Source of the DNA: Nitrosarchaeum sp.
GTDB taxonomy: Archaea; Thermoproteota; Nitrososphaeria; Nitrososphaerales; Nitrosopumilaceae
NCBI GenBank assembly: GCA_965223865.1
Contig: OZ245020.1
Location: 1,536,001 to 1,600,000, forward strand
Length of the DNA: 64,000 bases
Direction: 5' to 3'
This document shows positions 39,955 to 49,773 of the stretch, one piece after another. Every line of letters begins with the position of its first letter. The first letter of the stretch is position 1. The translations under genes were made by a program, and so were the position numbers. Under the pieces are notes generated by a model. The model ran no database searches. It was not told the DNA's origin and saw only the letters and a program-made list of their open reading frames with translations.

Positions 39955-40125
39955 ATGATTTTACAGACCATGAGACAAGTTTTAGATGTTCCCAGACACC
40001 CACAAAACCATTGCCACAAGAACCTACAAACACGAACATGTCTTGTTTGTAAAAGTAACAGCACCTGTGTAAACCAAGGGATGTATTGCAAATCATGTGG
40101 ATTTTTGTGGGACATGAAAAAATGA
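39955..40125 (+). CDS. Zinc-ribbon protein
   Basis: TCLVCKSNSTCVNQGMYCKSCG; start placed at ATG 39955. Confidence 0.65.
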   Translation: MILQTMRQVLDVPRHPQNHCHKNLQTRTCLVCKSNSTCVNQGMYCKSCGFLWDMKK

Positions 40126-40131
40126 TGAACC

Positions 40132-40332
40132 ATGGCAACTGCGTGCAAGGGAGTATGTCATCACTACAAAAGTAAAGGCATCTCAACTAAAGACAAATAT
40201 CAACCAGGTCAAAAGAGATGCTCATACTGCAATGTCTTTTTGTCTTATGATGGGCTGCGTTGTCCATGTTGTGAAATGATACTCAGAACACATTCACATG
40301 GTACAAAACACAAGTCTACCAATAAGAACTAG
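40132..40332 (+). CDS. Zinc-finger protein (RCPCC family)
   Basis: MATACKGVC...GQKRCSYC...RCPCCEMILRT. Confidence 0.85.
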   Translation: MATACKGVCHHYKSKGISTKDKYQPGQKRCSYCNVFLSYDGLRCPCCEMILRTHSHGTKHKSTNKN

Positions 40333-40666
40333 TTCCCATTCCATCATTGTCTACAATTTGCACATCCAAAGCATCCAGTCCAAACACCACGTAGATTGCC
40401 TTGATTCTACTCTGGTAAAGAAAGTATTTTTTTCCGTCATCAGTAACAATTGAACCTGTAACCTTTAGGATCTTGTTTTCTTCTAGTTCATGAACACGTC
40501 TGTATGCGGTAGTCATTGGAATGTTGCAGTCTTTGACAATATCTACTACCGATTTTGGTTTTTCAATGGCATAATTCATGATGGTTCTAGAATATTCATC
40601 AGACAAGGCCTTTAGAATCGCCTTTCTAAAATTTGAATCCCTTGGAAGGATCTTAAAATCCGCCAT
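40316..40666 (-). CDS. ArsR-like winged-helix regulator
   Basis: LSDEYSRTI...IPMTTAYRRVHEL...DGKKYFLYQS. Confidence 0.85.
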   Translation of the reverse strand: MADFKILPRDSNFRKAILKALSDEYSRTIMNYAIEKPKSVVDIVKDCNIPMTTAYRRVHELEENKILKVTGSIVTDDGKKYFLYQSRIKAIYVVFGLDALDVQIVDNDGMGTSSYW

Positions 40667-40735
40667 AGTAGTCTGTTATGGTGCAATCCTTATTGCATAT
40701 AATCTTGGTTTTGTAAAAACAAAAAATAATGGAAT

Positions 40736-41488
40736 TTACATTCCCATCTGTTTAATGTCAGAGTTCCATGCCTTCATGCCGCCTTCTAGAACTTGAAAGT
40801 CAATATTTTCTTGGGCAAGTGCATATGTAGCAATTGTTGCCCTATTTCCTGAACCACAGATAACTATTACTGGTTTGTCAGTAGGAATTTCATCTGCACC
40901 ATTAGGCTCAAATATTTGTGACAAAGGTATGTTTACTGCGCCATCTATCTTGGATTGAAGTAATTCATCAGGTTCCCTTACATCTAGCAGATAAATATCC
41001 TCATTTGCAGTAATTTTCTGCATCAGTTCTTCAGAATCAATTACAGCTTGAGAACTAGATACAAGATTTTCAGACAAATGATTCATGCCTCCATTGAGAT
41101 AGAACGTCTTGATTCCCATCTGAGTCATGGTTTGCGCTGCCTGCTTTGCTTTTGTACCATCCTCATCAACTAAAACAAGATTGTATTGTGATGCAACATC
41201 AGGCAGCCTATTTTGGATTGTAGCCACTCGTTTTTCTAGTGTTGCTGAATCCACATAGTTATCATGAGATGCACCATTCAGATGTCCTGCTTGGTATTGT
41301 TCTGCAGTTCTAATATCGACAACCAAGACAGGTTCATTGTTTTGAAGCTGTGCAAAAACTGTTGTTTGGTCAATTGCATATTTGTCAACAGCATATTGAG
41401 AACTGTACTGTTCTATAGATAATAATACTCCAATTACTGCCACTCCGATGACAATTGATGCAATAATTCCTATTTTTTTAATTTGCAT
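40736..41488 (-). CDS. Membrane-anchored tandem rhodanese
   Basis: VVDIRTAEQYQAGHL; LLDVREPDE...ICGSGNRA...LEGGMKAW (catalytic Cys only in domain 2). Confidence 0.9.
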   Translation of the reverse strand: MQIKKIGIIASIVIGVAVIGVLLSIEQYSSQYAVDKYAIDQTTVFAQLQNNEPVLVVDIRTAEQYQAGHLNGASHDNYVDSATLEKRVATIQNRLPDVASQYNLVLVDEDGTKAKQAAQTMTQMGIKTFYLNGGMNHLSENLVSSSQAVIDSEELMQKITANEDIYLLDVREPDELLQSKIDGAVNIPLSQIFEPNGADEIPTDKPVIVICGSGNRATIATYALAQENIDFQVLEGGMKAWNSDIKQMGM

Positions 41489-41530
41489 AGATTAACAGAG
41501 ATGCTGACTGCTATTATACCAAAACACATT

Positions 41531-41557
41531 TTTCAGAAATAGTTTTCAGGTGTGGAA
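41531..41557. promoter_or_regulatory. Tandem box A between divergent rhodanese and DUF302 genes
   Basis: TTTCAGAAATAGTT / TTTCAGGTGTGGAA; 43 bp from each start. Confidence 0.65.
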
Positions 41558-41599
41558 ATCGTATTTCTGTAATATATTCATTTGAAATGTAAGTGAGCC

Positions 41600-41986
41600 A
41601 TGAGCTTTTCTCACACTGTAAAAACCCAAAAAAGTATTGATGAGGCAATTGCAAGTCTCACTGAAAATCTTAAAGATATTGGTTTTGGAGTTTTAGAAAT
41701 TTTGGATTTTAAGAAAATTCTATCAGAGAAAGGATTAGAATTTTCTGATAATTACAGGCTAATGGAAGTGTGTAATCCCAATCTCGCAAAACAAGTTTTA
41801 GAATCTAATCCTGATCTTGGACTATTATTGCCATGTACCATTGCGGTATATCAAAAAGAAAATGAAAATTATATTAGTTTAGCGAGGCCTACATCTTTGT
41901 TAGCAATGGCATCAGAACAAAATTTTCAGTTTACAGGAGAAGAGATTGAAAGTAATCTCATCAAAATTATAGATAGTGCAAAATAG
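41600..41986 (+). CDS. DUF302 domain protein
   Basis: GFGVL..D, EVCNP..A, GLLLPCTIAVY. Confidence 0.9.
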   Translation: MSFSHTVKTQKSIDEAIASLTENLKDIGFGVLEILDFKKILSEKGLEFSDNYRLMEVCNPNLAKQVLESNPDLGLLLPCTIAVYQKENENYISLARPTSLLAMASEQNFQFTGEEIESNLIKIIDSAK

Positions 41987-42002
41987 AAAAAGGATAGATG
42001 GT

Positions 42003-42518
42003 ATGTCTTTTTTTAAAACTGTTGAAAAGAGACGCTCAATCAGATCATTTTCTAATAAACCTGTAGAAAAATCAAAAATTCAGAAAATACTCAATACCTC
42101 AATGGCTAGCCCTTCTGCAAAAGGACTGCAAAGTTACAGAGTATATGTAGTCGAAGATGACAAGAAAAAGAAAAAACTGGTACCTGCATGTCATGATCAA
42201 GAATATGTTGATACCTCATTACTTTTGATATTTTGCACCGAATCCACAAAAATTAGAAAGGAAATGGGAGTAAGAGGAGAAAGATTACTGTCAGTCCAAG
42301 ATGCTACAATTGCTGCAAGTTATGCACAGCTAGCTGCAACTTCACTAGGATTGTCCAGTGTCTGGATTGGAAATTTTAATGAAAAACAGGTTGCCAAAAT
42401 CATTAGAACCAAACTACGTCCTGTAGTTGTTCTTCCAATTGGCTATGAAAAAAAATCCAACAAGAAACATTTTCCTCCTGAAAAGAAAAAGATTCAAGAC
42501 ATGATAAAAATGGTGTAA
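42003..42518 (+). CDS. Nitroreductase family protein
   Basis: KRRSIRSF, SPSAKGLQ, QDATIAASY..LGLSSVWIG; start placed at ATG 42003. Confidence 0.9.
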   Translation: MSFFKTVEKRRSIRSFSNKPVEKSKIQKILNTSMASPSAKGLQSYRVYVVEDDKKKKKLVPACHDQEYVDTSLLLIFCTESTKIRKEMGVRGERLLSVQDATIAASYAQLAATSLGLSSVWIGNFNEKQVAKIIRTKLRPVVVLPIGYEKKSNKKHFPPEKKKIQDMIKMV

Positions 42519-42526
42519 AACAAATA

Positions 42527-42889
42527 ATGAAAGGCACCTATGCATTGATTCTAAATGTTAGAAAAGAATTTTCTTCTGATGTCGGTAGTCTAAAAAACAT
42601 GAAATTCAAGAAAGGAAATTACATCTATGTAGGATCTGCTTTAAATTCTCTGGAGAAAAGAGTACAAAGGCACATCAGAAAAGAGAAAAAGATTCATTGG
42701 CACATAGACCGTTTAACCACATCTCAGCATTCATCAATTAAAAAAATACTATATCTAAAAACAGAGTCAAGACTAGAATGCAAACTAAGCCAGAATGTTG
42801 CAAAGTTACCAAATGTTATGCCAGTGCAGAAATTTGGTTCGACCGACTGTAGATCAGGATGTAAGTCTCATCTGTATTATGTCAATTGA
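42527..42889 (+). CDS. DUF123/GIY-YIG (Uri) superfamily nuclease
   Basis: KGTYAL..YIYVGSA..RVQRH..HWHID..FGSTDC..CKSHL. Confidence 0.9.
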   Translation: MKGTYALILNVRKEFSSDVGSLKNMKFKKGNYIYVGSALNSLEKRVQRHIRKEKKIHWHIDRLTTSQHSSIKKILYLKTESRLECKLSQNVAKLPNVMPVQKFGSTDCRSGCKSHLYYVN

Positions 42890-42988
42890 ATCTGATTGCA
42901 TGTTCAGAGATAGTGGTTATAATAGTGTGTTTGGTCTGAATCAAAAAGAATAACCAAATCAAATCATACTTTTTTTCTTGACAGGGAA

Positions 42989-43147
42989 CTATCTGCTCTT
43001 CAAACCATCTCTTAAGACAGAATTTACCACGTGAGAAAAACTGACGTTTCTTTTTGTTTTTCTTATCATGTTGGCCTGTCTCTCTCTTAGCGCATCTTCA
43101 ATTTCTCTGTCAATCATAACCGAGATTCTACTTGTTTCTGGTTTCAT
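42989..43147 (-). CDS. 52-aa ribbon-helix-helix protein
   Basis: RISVMIDREIEDALRERQA...VSFSHVVNSVLRDGL; missed by the ORF track. Confidence 0.75.
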   Translation of the reverse strand: MKPETSRISVMIDREIEDALRERQANMIRKTKRNVSFSHVVNSVLRDGLKSR

Positions 43148-43176
43148 GCTAAATTCACCAAAAAAGAAAAGAGAGG

Positions 43177-43713
43177 CTAGTAGTCTAGCACTACATCAGC
43201 TTCGGCCAGAACTCTCTGAAGTTTTGGCATGTACGGATGTGGATCAATCTCTACTCCGCGGAGAAGATTATCGACATCAAAGCTTCCAATACAGTGCTCA
43301 CATGCAATCACTCGTCCACCATCGTTGATGAATGCCTTTAGAGCCTCATACTGTACAGTCAATGCAGTTGGTCTGTCATCGTCTGCAATTCGAACTCCGT
43401 CAACATCCAATAGTACTACAACATGTTTCCCGGCATCCTGAAATGCCTTGGCATGTTGAATTCCCATCATGGCCGAATGTCTTTCATGCTGACTATCAGG
43501 ATCTCCACTGGTTATGTGAACAACATATAACCTGTCCATACCTGTGCTTAATCCTGCATGTAGTCTTTCTATCTCAAGGCCTTCTTGAGGCGCACCCTCT
43601 GGATAGACATAAGCATCTGCATCAAAACCTCCACTTTGAACAGAAATTGCCGCAACGATCAAAAGAGTTGCAAGGGCAGATCCCGTAATGGAATATTTCA
43701 GAATTGATTTCAT
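43177..43713 (-). CDS. Secreted or anchored DsrE-family protein
   Basis: VVHITSG..VVVLLDVDGVR..GGRVIACEHC..ADVVLDY. Confidence 0.85.
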   Translation of the reverse strand: MKSILKYSITGSALATLLIVAAISVQSGGFDADAYVYPEGAPQEGLEIERLHAGLSTGMDRLYVVHITSGDPDSQHERHSAMMGIQHAKAFQDAGKHVVVLLDVDGVRIADDDRPTALTVQYEALKAFINDGGRVIACEHCIGSFDVDNLLRGVEIDPHPYMPKLQRVLAEADVVLDY

Positions 43714-43774
43714 TGATTGTATAATGGAACAATATTAAAAAACAAAATTGGGAGGTTCATCGAATGTACCAATA

Positions 43775-44272
43775 TTACAATGCCAAAAAAATATCCTCAG
43801 AATGTTCTTTTTTATTATTGAGTAGTTTTGAAAACTCTTTTCTAAATGTGTATTTTAGCAATCCCATATTTTTTATCTCATAGTATGTTTTTTTGTCATT
43901 TGTTATTTTTTCTATTATGTCATTTTTTATTAATTCCGAAATATTCCACGATGTTGTCGCAGGACTCTTGCCAATTTTGGATACAATCTCCCTGAAAGTG
44001 GGAGTTCCTTTCACTATTATTGTAAAGAGGATTTTCTTTTTCGTAGGTTTTCTCAAGTTTCTTATAATATCAAATTCTTCTTCATCTATATCTAGAGAAA
44101 AATATCGGTGATACCTTGTGTATTTTTTTGATTTTATCTTTCCTTCTTTTTCTAATTTTCGCAGGTAATGCTCAGTTACACCCTTTTCTAGTCCAGTTTC
44201 ATTAATTATACCACAGAAATGAATCCCAGGATTATCCTTGATGGTCTCCAGTATGAGATCTGATCTTTTCAA
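43775..44272 (-). CDS. Double winged-helix regulator
   Basis: IKDNPGIHF..HYLRKLE; second HTH SPATTSWNISEL. Confidence 0.85.
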   Translation of the reverse strand: MKRSDLILETIKDNPGIHFCGIINETGLEKGVTEHYLRKLEKEGKIKSKKYTRYHRYFSLDIDEEEFDIIRNLRKPTKKKILFTIIVKGTPTFREIVSKIGKSPATTSWNISELIKNDIIEKITNDKKTYYEIKNMGLLKYTFRKEFSKLLNNKKEHSEDIFLAL

Positions 44273-44300
44273 CCTAGGTTTTGTTGATGTTTATCAATAT

Positions 44301-44429
44301 CTAAGATTTTTGATGTATCTTGTATCTGGTTCCATCTTCATGGATGCATTCATCTCCGATGTGATGATGATTTTCATGTCCTTTGTGTTTGTGATGTTCT
44401 TGGTCTTCACAGTTGCAGGTTTTTTCCAA
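44301..44429 (-). CDS. 42-aa His/Cys-rich micropeptide, copy 1
   Basis: MEKTCNCEDQEHHKHKGHENHHHIGDECIHEDGTRYKIHQKS (TTG start); paralog at 58073; box A 44 bp upstream. Confidence 0.8.
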   Translation of the reverse strand: MEKTCNCEDQEHHKHKGHENHHHIGDECIHEDGTRYKIHQKS

Positions 44430-44472
44430 TGTTTGATGGCATCAAACTTGCTATTAATAATAAAAATATGAT

Positions 44473-44486
44473 TTCCAATATTGAAA
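44473..44486. promoter_or_regulatory. Box A (TTCCA-ATAT-TGAAA)
   Basis: 44 bp upstream of TTG 44429. Confidence 0.65.
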
Positions 44487-44535
44487 TCAAAAATATTAAA
44501 AATTGATTTGATTCCAACCAACTACATTCAAAAAA

Positions 44536-45249
44536 CTAGCCATAGATAGTATCTCTAATCTGTTCTGTCTCTTTTTGTGTTTTTTTGATTCTTTTTTCAG
44601 CCTTGGCAGACTCATTTTTTATTATTTTAAGATTGCACGGTAGTTTTGGTATGAACATTCCCATTGTAAGGCATAATTTTGCTCCAGATTCAAAATCTGG
44701 ACTATTCTTTGTTTTAGGAAAAAATAGCAAAACTATGACCCCTTGATTAGAAAATCTTCCTTGGTTTAACAACATACCTGGAATTCCGGGTATTGTAAGA
44801 TCCAAGGACATCTCAATTCCAAGAGATTTTATCTCGTTTCTTGCATTCTCAGTACTGCCAATTGCAGCTATGTCTTTAGTGAGTTTTGGATTCATTACCA
44901 TTCCTACAGTGCTGATTATCTTCTTGCAATGATGTTTTTTTGCATATTCTAACATTACCTTTGCAATTGCTCGTGAAAATGATTCGGGTAAAGACAGATG
45001 TGACAAAAATACTGCAACTTTGAGTTTTTCATTTACAAAGATGTTTACTGGATAATATGGAATACCACCTCTTACTAGACTTATTGGAGGAAAATCTACT
45101 GAGTTTAAAAAACCTGCAAGTTTAAAATCGGATGTACTTGTCATTGATTCTGCAGCAATACTGCCTGCAAGACCCACATTTGGAAAACCATCTATTACGT
45201 AGCCCCCTTCCAGATCACAATCCAGAAGTTCTGTTATTTCGATGATCAT
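44536..45249 (-). CDS. PAC2-family proteasome assembly chaperone-like protein
   Basis: IDGFPNVGLAGSIA, PDFESGA, C-terminal IYG (HbYX-like). Confidence 0.85.
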   Translation of the reverse strand: MIIEITELLDCDLEGGYVIDGFPNVGLAGSIAAESMTSTSDFKLAGFLNSVDFPPISLVRGGIPYYPVNIFVNEKLKVAVFLSHLSLPESFSRAIAKVMLEYAKKHHCKKIISTVGMVMNPKLTKDIAAIGSTENARNEIKSLGIEMSLDLTIPGIPGMLLNQGRFSNQGVIVLLFFPKTKNSPDFESGAKLCLTMGMFIPKLPCNLKIIKNESAKAEKRIKKTQKETEQIRDTIYG

Positions 45250-45468
45250 GAGATCAGTTATGCATTATAATCTAAAAGAAAGCAAGAACAATATCAAAGG
45301 TGAAAATGAACAAGACAAGATACATGAAAAATTATCTCAAATTTATTATTTGCATGCATGTATTTTCTGTAACAAATTATAGATAACCCACAATATTGTT
45401 TTGGGATGATTGCAAAACTGAAATGACTTGTGACACAATTAAGGTTGGTTTTCAGTCACAATTATAAT

Positions 45469-45696
45469 TGCAATTCAACACATTGCAAACGGACCTATTA
45501 TATCAAATTCTGCCAATATCTACTGTATGACCATAATCTGTAAGGGATATGCATTGAATCAAAGGGAATTCCTATGAGTAACAGTAAAAGATATCAAAAT
45601 GGGTAAAGACGATGTACATTTTGTAGTATATTCTTAGTAGCAGGTATTAGATGCCCTTGTTGTAAAGCAATATTGCGAACAAAACCACGCACTTGA
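45469..45696 (+). pseudogene. Decayed duplicate of 37386-37617 (box B promoter plus RCPCC zinc-finger gene)
   Basis: Clear DNA similarity; 1-nt deletion in codons 7-8 and a CAA>TAA change. Confidence 0.85.
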
Positions 45697-45788
45697 AATT
45701 TAATTTCAATTAACCAAGCACGCTACCGGATTATGTTTTATAATTATAAAATTAATTTGAAGAAAAATTAAAATCAGATGTTGAACAT

Positions 45789-46118
45789 TTATTGGTTGAA
45801 AATTAATTCTACTTCCATCTGACCTTTTTTGAATTGGCTTTGAATTCCTTTTATTTTACTCTTGTACAAGAAAAATTTCTTTCCATCCTCATTTATCATG
45901 CCAGACGTTTGGAGCAGTTTATTGTCATGAAGTGTTTGTATTCGTCTATATACAGTGCTGATTGGAATGTGAGTTTCTGTAGCTATTTCCATTGCTGATT
46001 TTGGCACATTCAAAATTGTTTTTATGATGGAGCGACAATATTTGTCTGAAACAACTGAGAGTATTGCATCTTTTGTAATGTCTTCTTCTATTTTGAATGC
46101 AGATTGTAACTCTTGCAT
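45789..46118 (-). CDS. ArsR-like winged-helix regulator
   Basis: VSDKYCRSII...IPISTVYRRIQTL...DGKKFFLYKS; start placed at ATG 46118, tandem box A at 46160-46186. Confidence 0.85.
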   Translation of the reverse strand: MQELQSAFKIEEDITKDAILSVVSDKYCRSIIKTILNVPKSAMEIATETHIPISTVYRRIQTLHDNKLLQTSGMINEDGKKFFLYKSKIKGIQSQFKKGQMEVELIFNQ

Positions 46119-46311
46119 GATTATACTTAACAGGCTATGATAAATTATGGATACATATTTTCTGAATTTGGTTTTCAACAATGGAAATCGTAGTGGGAAA
46201 TTGTCTATTTCTTTTGATGCCGTCCATAGATTTGAGGATCCAGATGTATTTATTGAGAATTGAATATGAAAATGAGTTTAATTTTTGAGAATATTTTATA
46301 CTTTTTTTCTA

Positions 46312-46893
46312 TTAATCATTAGCATATCCTCTAAGTTGATCATACAATGAAATCTGTTCTAAGCTTAAAACATCTGCTGTCTTAAGGTGAGCCTGAAGAT
46401 GGATATTTCTTAGTTGCCACTTTATCTCGCTGCTATTTTTTAGAAGTTCACTTAACTCCTCAGAAGTTATAGATTTGTCCACAAACTTTCCATCAATTTC
46501 TCTTTCAATTTCAATAAATTGCTGGCCAAGTGGCACTGCTTGTTGAGACATTTCCTGATAGAATAATTCAATTTGTTCTTTCTGTTCAGGGGTCAAATTA
46601 AGTTCTTCAGACAAATCTAAAACGTGTCTTGGTCCTGGATAGCTATTCAATTCAGCTGGTAAAGCCATTCCTACTCCATGACCTTTTGGAATTCCTGTCA
46701 ATTCTCTAGCAGTCAATGACTTTATTTCTCTTGTTTGCTCTCCTGCCCAAGGAGAATGAGTCATTGGTGTACTAGACATTTCTTCCTGATGGCCTTTTGG
46801 GTCTTCAGTTTCAAACATGATATATCCTACACCGATTCCAACAAGAAATACTCCAACTACGATTGGAATCCATAAAACCTGATTAAACGACAT
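46312..46893 (-). CDS. Membrane-anchored Spy/CpxP (LTXXQ)-like protein
   Basis: SPWAGEQTREIKSL..AELNSYPGPRHVL..LNLTPEQ..LSLEQISLYDQLRGY. Confidence 0.75.
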   Translation of the reverse strand: MSFNQVLWIPIVVGVFLVGIGVGYIMFETEDPKGHQEEMSSTPMTHSPWAGEQTREIKSLTARELTGIPKGHGVGMALPAELNSYPGPRHVLDLSEELNLTPEQKEQIELFYQEMSQQAVPLGQQFIEIEREIDGKFVDKSITSEELSELLKNSSEIKWQLRNIHLQAHLKTADVLSLEQISLYDQLRGYAND

Positions 46894-46914
46894 TTTATTC
46901 CCGATGTTTCAGAT

Positions 46915-47382
46915 TCAAGAATGCGAATACCCACGTAAAATGTCGTATTGCCTGATTTGTTCAGGATCTAGGATTTTTTTTGTAGCTAAATGACATCGTA
47001 AATGTGTAAAACGAAGTTTTCCCCATAATTCTCCTGATTTTTTCAGATACTCTTGCAATTGTTGCTCAGTCATCTCTTCTTTTGCAAATCCATCATCAAT
47101 CATTTTTTCCGTTTTGATAAACTCTTCACCTAATTCTTTTGCATCTTTTTCCATCTCATCGTAGATTTCTTGAGTCTGTTTTCTTTGCTCATTTGTTATG
47201 CCAAGTTGTTCACCTAGTTCTAAGACATGAATAGGTCCAGGATGGTGGTTTAACTCAGCAAGAATTGCCATTCCACCAAAAATTCCACCTCTTCCTCTTC
47301 GAATGATTTGAATATCTTTTTCAGAAAGGGATTTGATTTCTCTAGTTTCAAGACCAGAATATTTTGATTTTGTTTCACTCAT
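46915..47382 (-). CDS. Soluble Spy/CpxP-like paralog
   Basis: YSGLETREIKSLS..AELNHHPGPIHVL..LDPEQIRQYDILRGY; no signal peptide. Confidence 0.75.
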   Translation of the reverse strand: MSETKSKYSGLETREIKSLSEKDIQIIRRGRGGIFGGMAILAELNHHPGPIHVLELGEQLGITNEQRKQTQEIYDEMEKDAKELGEEFIKTEKMIDDGFAKEEMTEQQLQEYLKKSGELWGKLRFTHLRCHLATKKILDPEQIRQYDILRGYSHS

Positions 47383-47446
47383 GATATACTATTGTTACAA
47401 TTATGAAATTAAAACATCAGTACAATTTCCAAAGTTGGTTTTTGTT

Positions 47447-48325
47447 TCATAACAATAATGCAGCTTTACTTAGAAGGAAAATACCTGATGAAAATATTAT
47501 TAGAGAAAATACAAGTATGAGTTTTCTTGTGCTTATTTTATCAACTAATTTCACACCTAAAATTGAACCTGGAATAGAACCAATCAGTAACAGAAGAAGC
47601 GATGTGAATGAAATAGTATCCATCGAGTAGTGTAAAGTAGTTCCGACAAATGCCGCTACGATTCCAAATAATGCCATGGTTCCAGCAGCAATTTTAGGAG
47701 AATGTAATGTCTTTACCAAAACGGGAAGCATCATAGAAACTGCACCTAGTCCAGAAATTTGATAAATCAGGCTAATCGGGCTGCCTGAGAAAAGCCATGT
47801 AATGATGTTTTTCTTTGATGTGATTTCAGATTTTTGTGATGAATGATTTTCTTTAGTAATAAAATCAAGATGTTCAAAATCCTTTTTCAAAACATGAAAT
47901 TTTATCAGGTACAGAGTCAATCCCATGAAGATCATTCCCAGAAGTAGAAAGATCATATTGTCTAACACTTGAGAACCTTGAGTTGTTTCAACATACTCCC
48001 AGATAATTTTTCCTAAAAACATTGATGGAGGGACTGGAATTATCATTACTGCCAATGCTTTCCAATTTACATTGTGGTTTTTTGCATGAATCGTTGCAGC
48101 TGAAATTCTAGTAAATGCAAGAAATGCAATACTTGTTCCAACAACAGCCTGTGCAGGCATTCCAAGAATAATGAGAACTGGAAAAAGCATAGGAGCCCCA
48201 ATTCCAGATATTCCAATTGCAATGCCAATGCTAAAACCCACTATTATCAGGATAATTGCAATGATTGGCTCTGAAATTGCAGATACAAATTCTCCATTAA
48301 AAAAAAGCGTAAAATTTTCAATCAT
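47447..48325 (-). CDS. TauE/SafE-family exporter
   Basis: About 8 TM segments; GISGIGAP..P, VVGTS, AAGT, GSIPGSILG. Confidence 0.85.
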   Translation of the reverse strand: MIENFTLFFNGEFVSAISEPIIAIILIIVGFSIGIAIGISGIGAPMLFPVLIILGMPAQAVVGTSIAFLAFTRISAATIHAKNHNVNWKALAVMIIPVPPSMFLGKIIWEYVETTQGSQVLDNMIFLLLGMIFMGLTLYLIKFHVLKKDFEHLDFITKENHSSQKSEITSKKNIITWLFSGSPISLIYQISGLGAVSMMLPVLVKTLHSPKIAAGTMALFGIVAAFVGTTLHYSMDTISFTSLLLLLIGSIPGSILGVKLVDKISTRKLILVFSLIIFSSGIFLLSKAALLL

Positions 48326-49773
48326 CTAAAAATCGCAGGGACAAGAGTAGTCATAAGTATCGTCAAAACTACCACCATTATCAGAGTAAGAGGTAACCCC
48401 ACTTTGGCTAGTTGTTTTGTAGTTACATACCCACTCCCTAAAACAACTATGTTTGGAGGAGTACCCACAGGCAGAATAAATCCATAGCTAGTTGCAATGG
48501 CAACTGGAATCATGAATAGTAGTGGGTCCATATTTAATGATGTAGACAATGCAGCAGCTACAGGAATCAAAAGTGCCGCAGTTGCAGTATTGACTACAAA
48601 TTGAGTCGTAATCATAGCAACTACCACCAACACCAGAACTATGACAAAGGGTGGGAAATTTTCAAGAAATTCCAATTGGGTTGCCATCCATTGGTCAACA
48701 CCTGTAGATGTAAATCCAGCTGCTAAAGCAAGACCGCCACCTATCAGTAACAAAACGCCCCATGGAATTTTGATTCCTTCATCCTTTGATAAGATCCTTC
48801 CATTTTCTTTTGAGGGTAAAACAAAAAATGACATTGCAGCAATTATTGCAATTACCGCATCATCTATCATTGGAAGGTACGGCTTCCACAAAATATGAGT
48901 AATCCAAGCAGTTGCAGTAGCTCCAAATACTGCTAGGACTAATTTTTGATCACGTGTAATACTACCTAACTCTTTTAATTTTTTTACAATGACTTCTTTT
49001 TCATCAATAATGTTTGTTGATTTTAGTTTAAAACCAACATTAGTCAAATACCATCCCGCAATAATTAATGAAATTATTGTAACAGGAATTCCAATCATCA
49101 TCCATGATGAAAAATTAATGTCAATCTCAAACATTTTGTCAGCTACAGAAGAACAGATGATGTTTGGTGGAGTTCCAACCAATGTTGCAATTCCTCCTAT
49201 ACTTGCAGCAAATGCAATCGAAATCATCAGGGAACTTCCAAATTTTCCTCGTTCCTCTGGTTGTTTTACCTGGCTAATCACGGCCAAGGCAATCGGCAAT
49301 ATCATCAAAGTTGTTGCAGTATTACAAATCCATGCACTAATTGATGCAGTAACTACCATGAATGCAAAAATAATTAGTTTGGGACTGCCATTGGGAATAA
49401 TCTTTAAAGTTGTCAGAGCAAATCGTTCATGAAGATTGGTTTTCTGAATTGCTTTAGCTAAAATAAAACCTCCCAAAAGCAGGAAAACTAACCGATGAGC
49501 ATAATTTGTGGCAGTATCTGAAAGAGGAGTTACCTGCATTACTGGAAAAAGCACTATGGGCAAAAGTGCTGCAACATAAAGTGGAACTGCCTCTGTGACC
49601 CACCAGGTTGCCATCCAAATGGCAGTTCCCAGGACAATTTGACCTTCAAAAGAAAGTCCCTCTATTGGCAAAAAAATGGTAATTAGGAATAATATGGGTC
49701 CTAAAATCAAACCAATTCTGCTGATCTGATTTCCTGTTTTACCAAGAATTTCAATCGGCCTTTTTTTAAGCAA
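48322..49773 (-). CDS. DASS/SLC13 sodium:anion symporter
   Basis: WWVTEAVP, SAWICNTATT, GGIATLVGTPPN, FILPVGTPPN. Confidence 0.93.
   Translation of the reverse strand: MLKKRPIEILGKTGNQISRIGLILGPILFLITIFLPIEGLSFEGQIVLGTAIWMATWWVTEAVPLYVAALLPIVLFPVMQVTPLSDTATNYAHRLVFLLLGGFILAKAIQKTNLHERFALTTLKIIPNGSPKLIIFAFMVVTASISAWICNTATTLMILPIALAVISQVKQPEERGKFGSSLMISIAFAASIGGIATLVGTPPNIICSSVADKMFEIDINFSSWMMIGIPVTIISLIIAGWYLTNVGFKLKSTNIIDEKEVIVKKLKELGSITRDQKLVLAVFGATATAWITHILWKPYLPMIDDAVIAIIAAMSFFVLPSKENGRILSKDEGIKIPWGVLLLIGGGLALAAGFTSTGVDQWMATQLEFLENFPPFVIVLVLVVVAMITTQFVVNTATAALLIPVAAALSTSLNMDPLLFMIPVAIATSYGFILPVGTPPNIVVLGSGYVTTKQLAKVGLPLTLIMVVVLTILMTTLVPAIFR

Noticed and set aside
44294-44521. 75-aa ORF from the track
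   Set aside because: Overlaps the His-rich peptide, which has a paralog and a correctly spaced promoter
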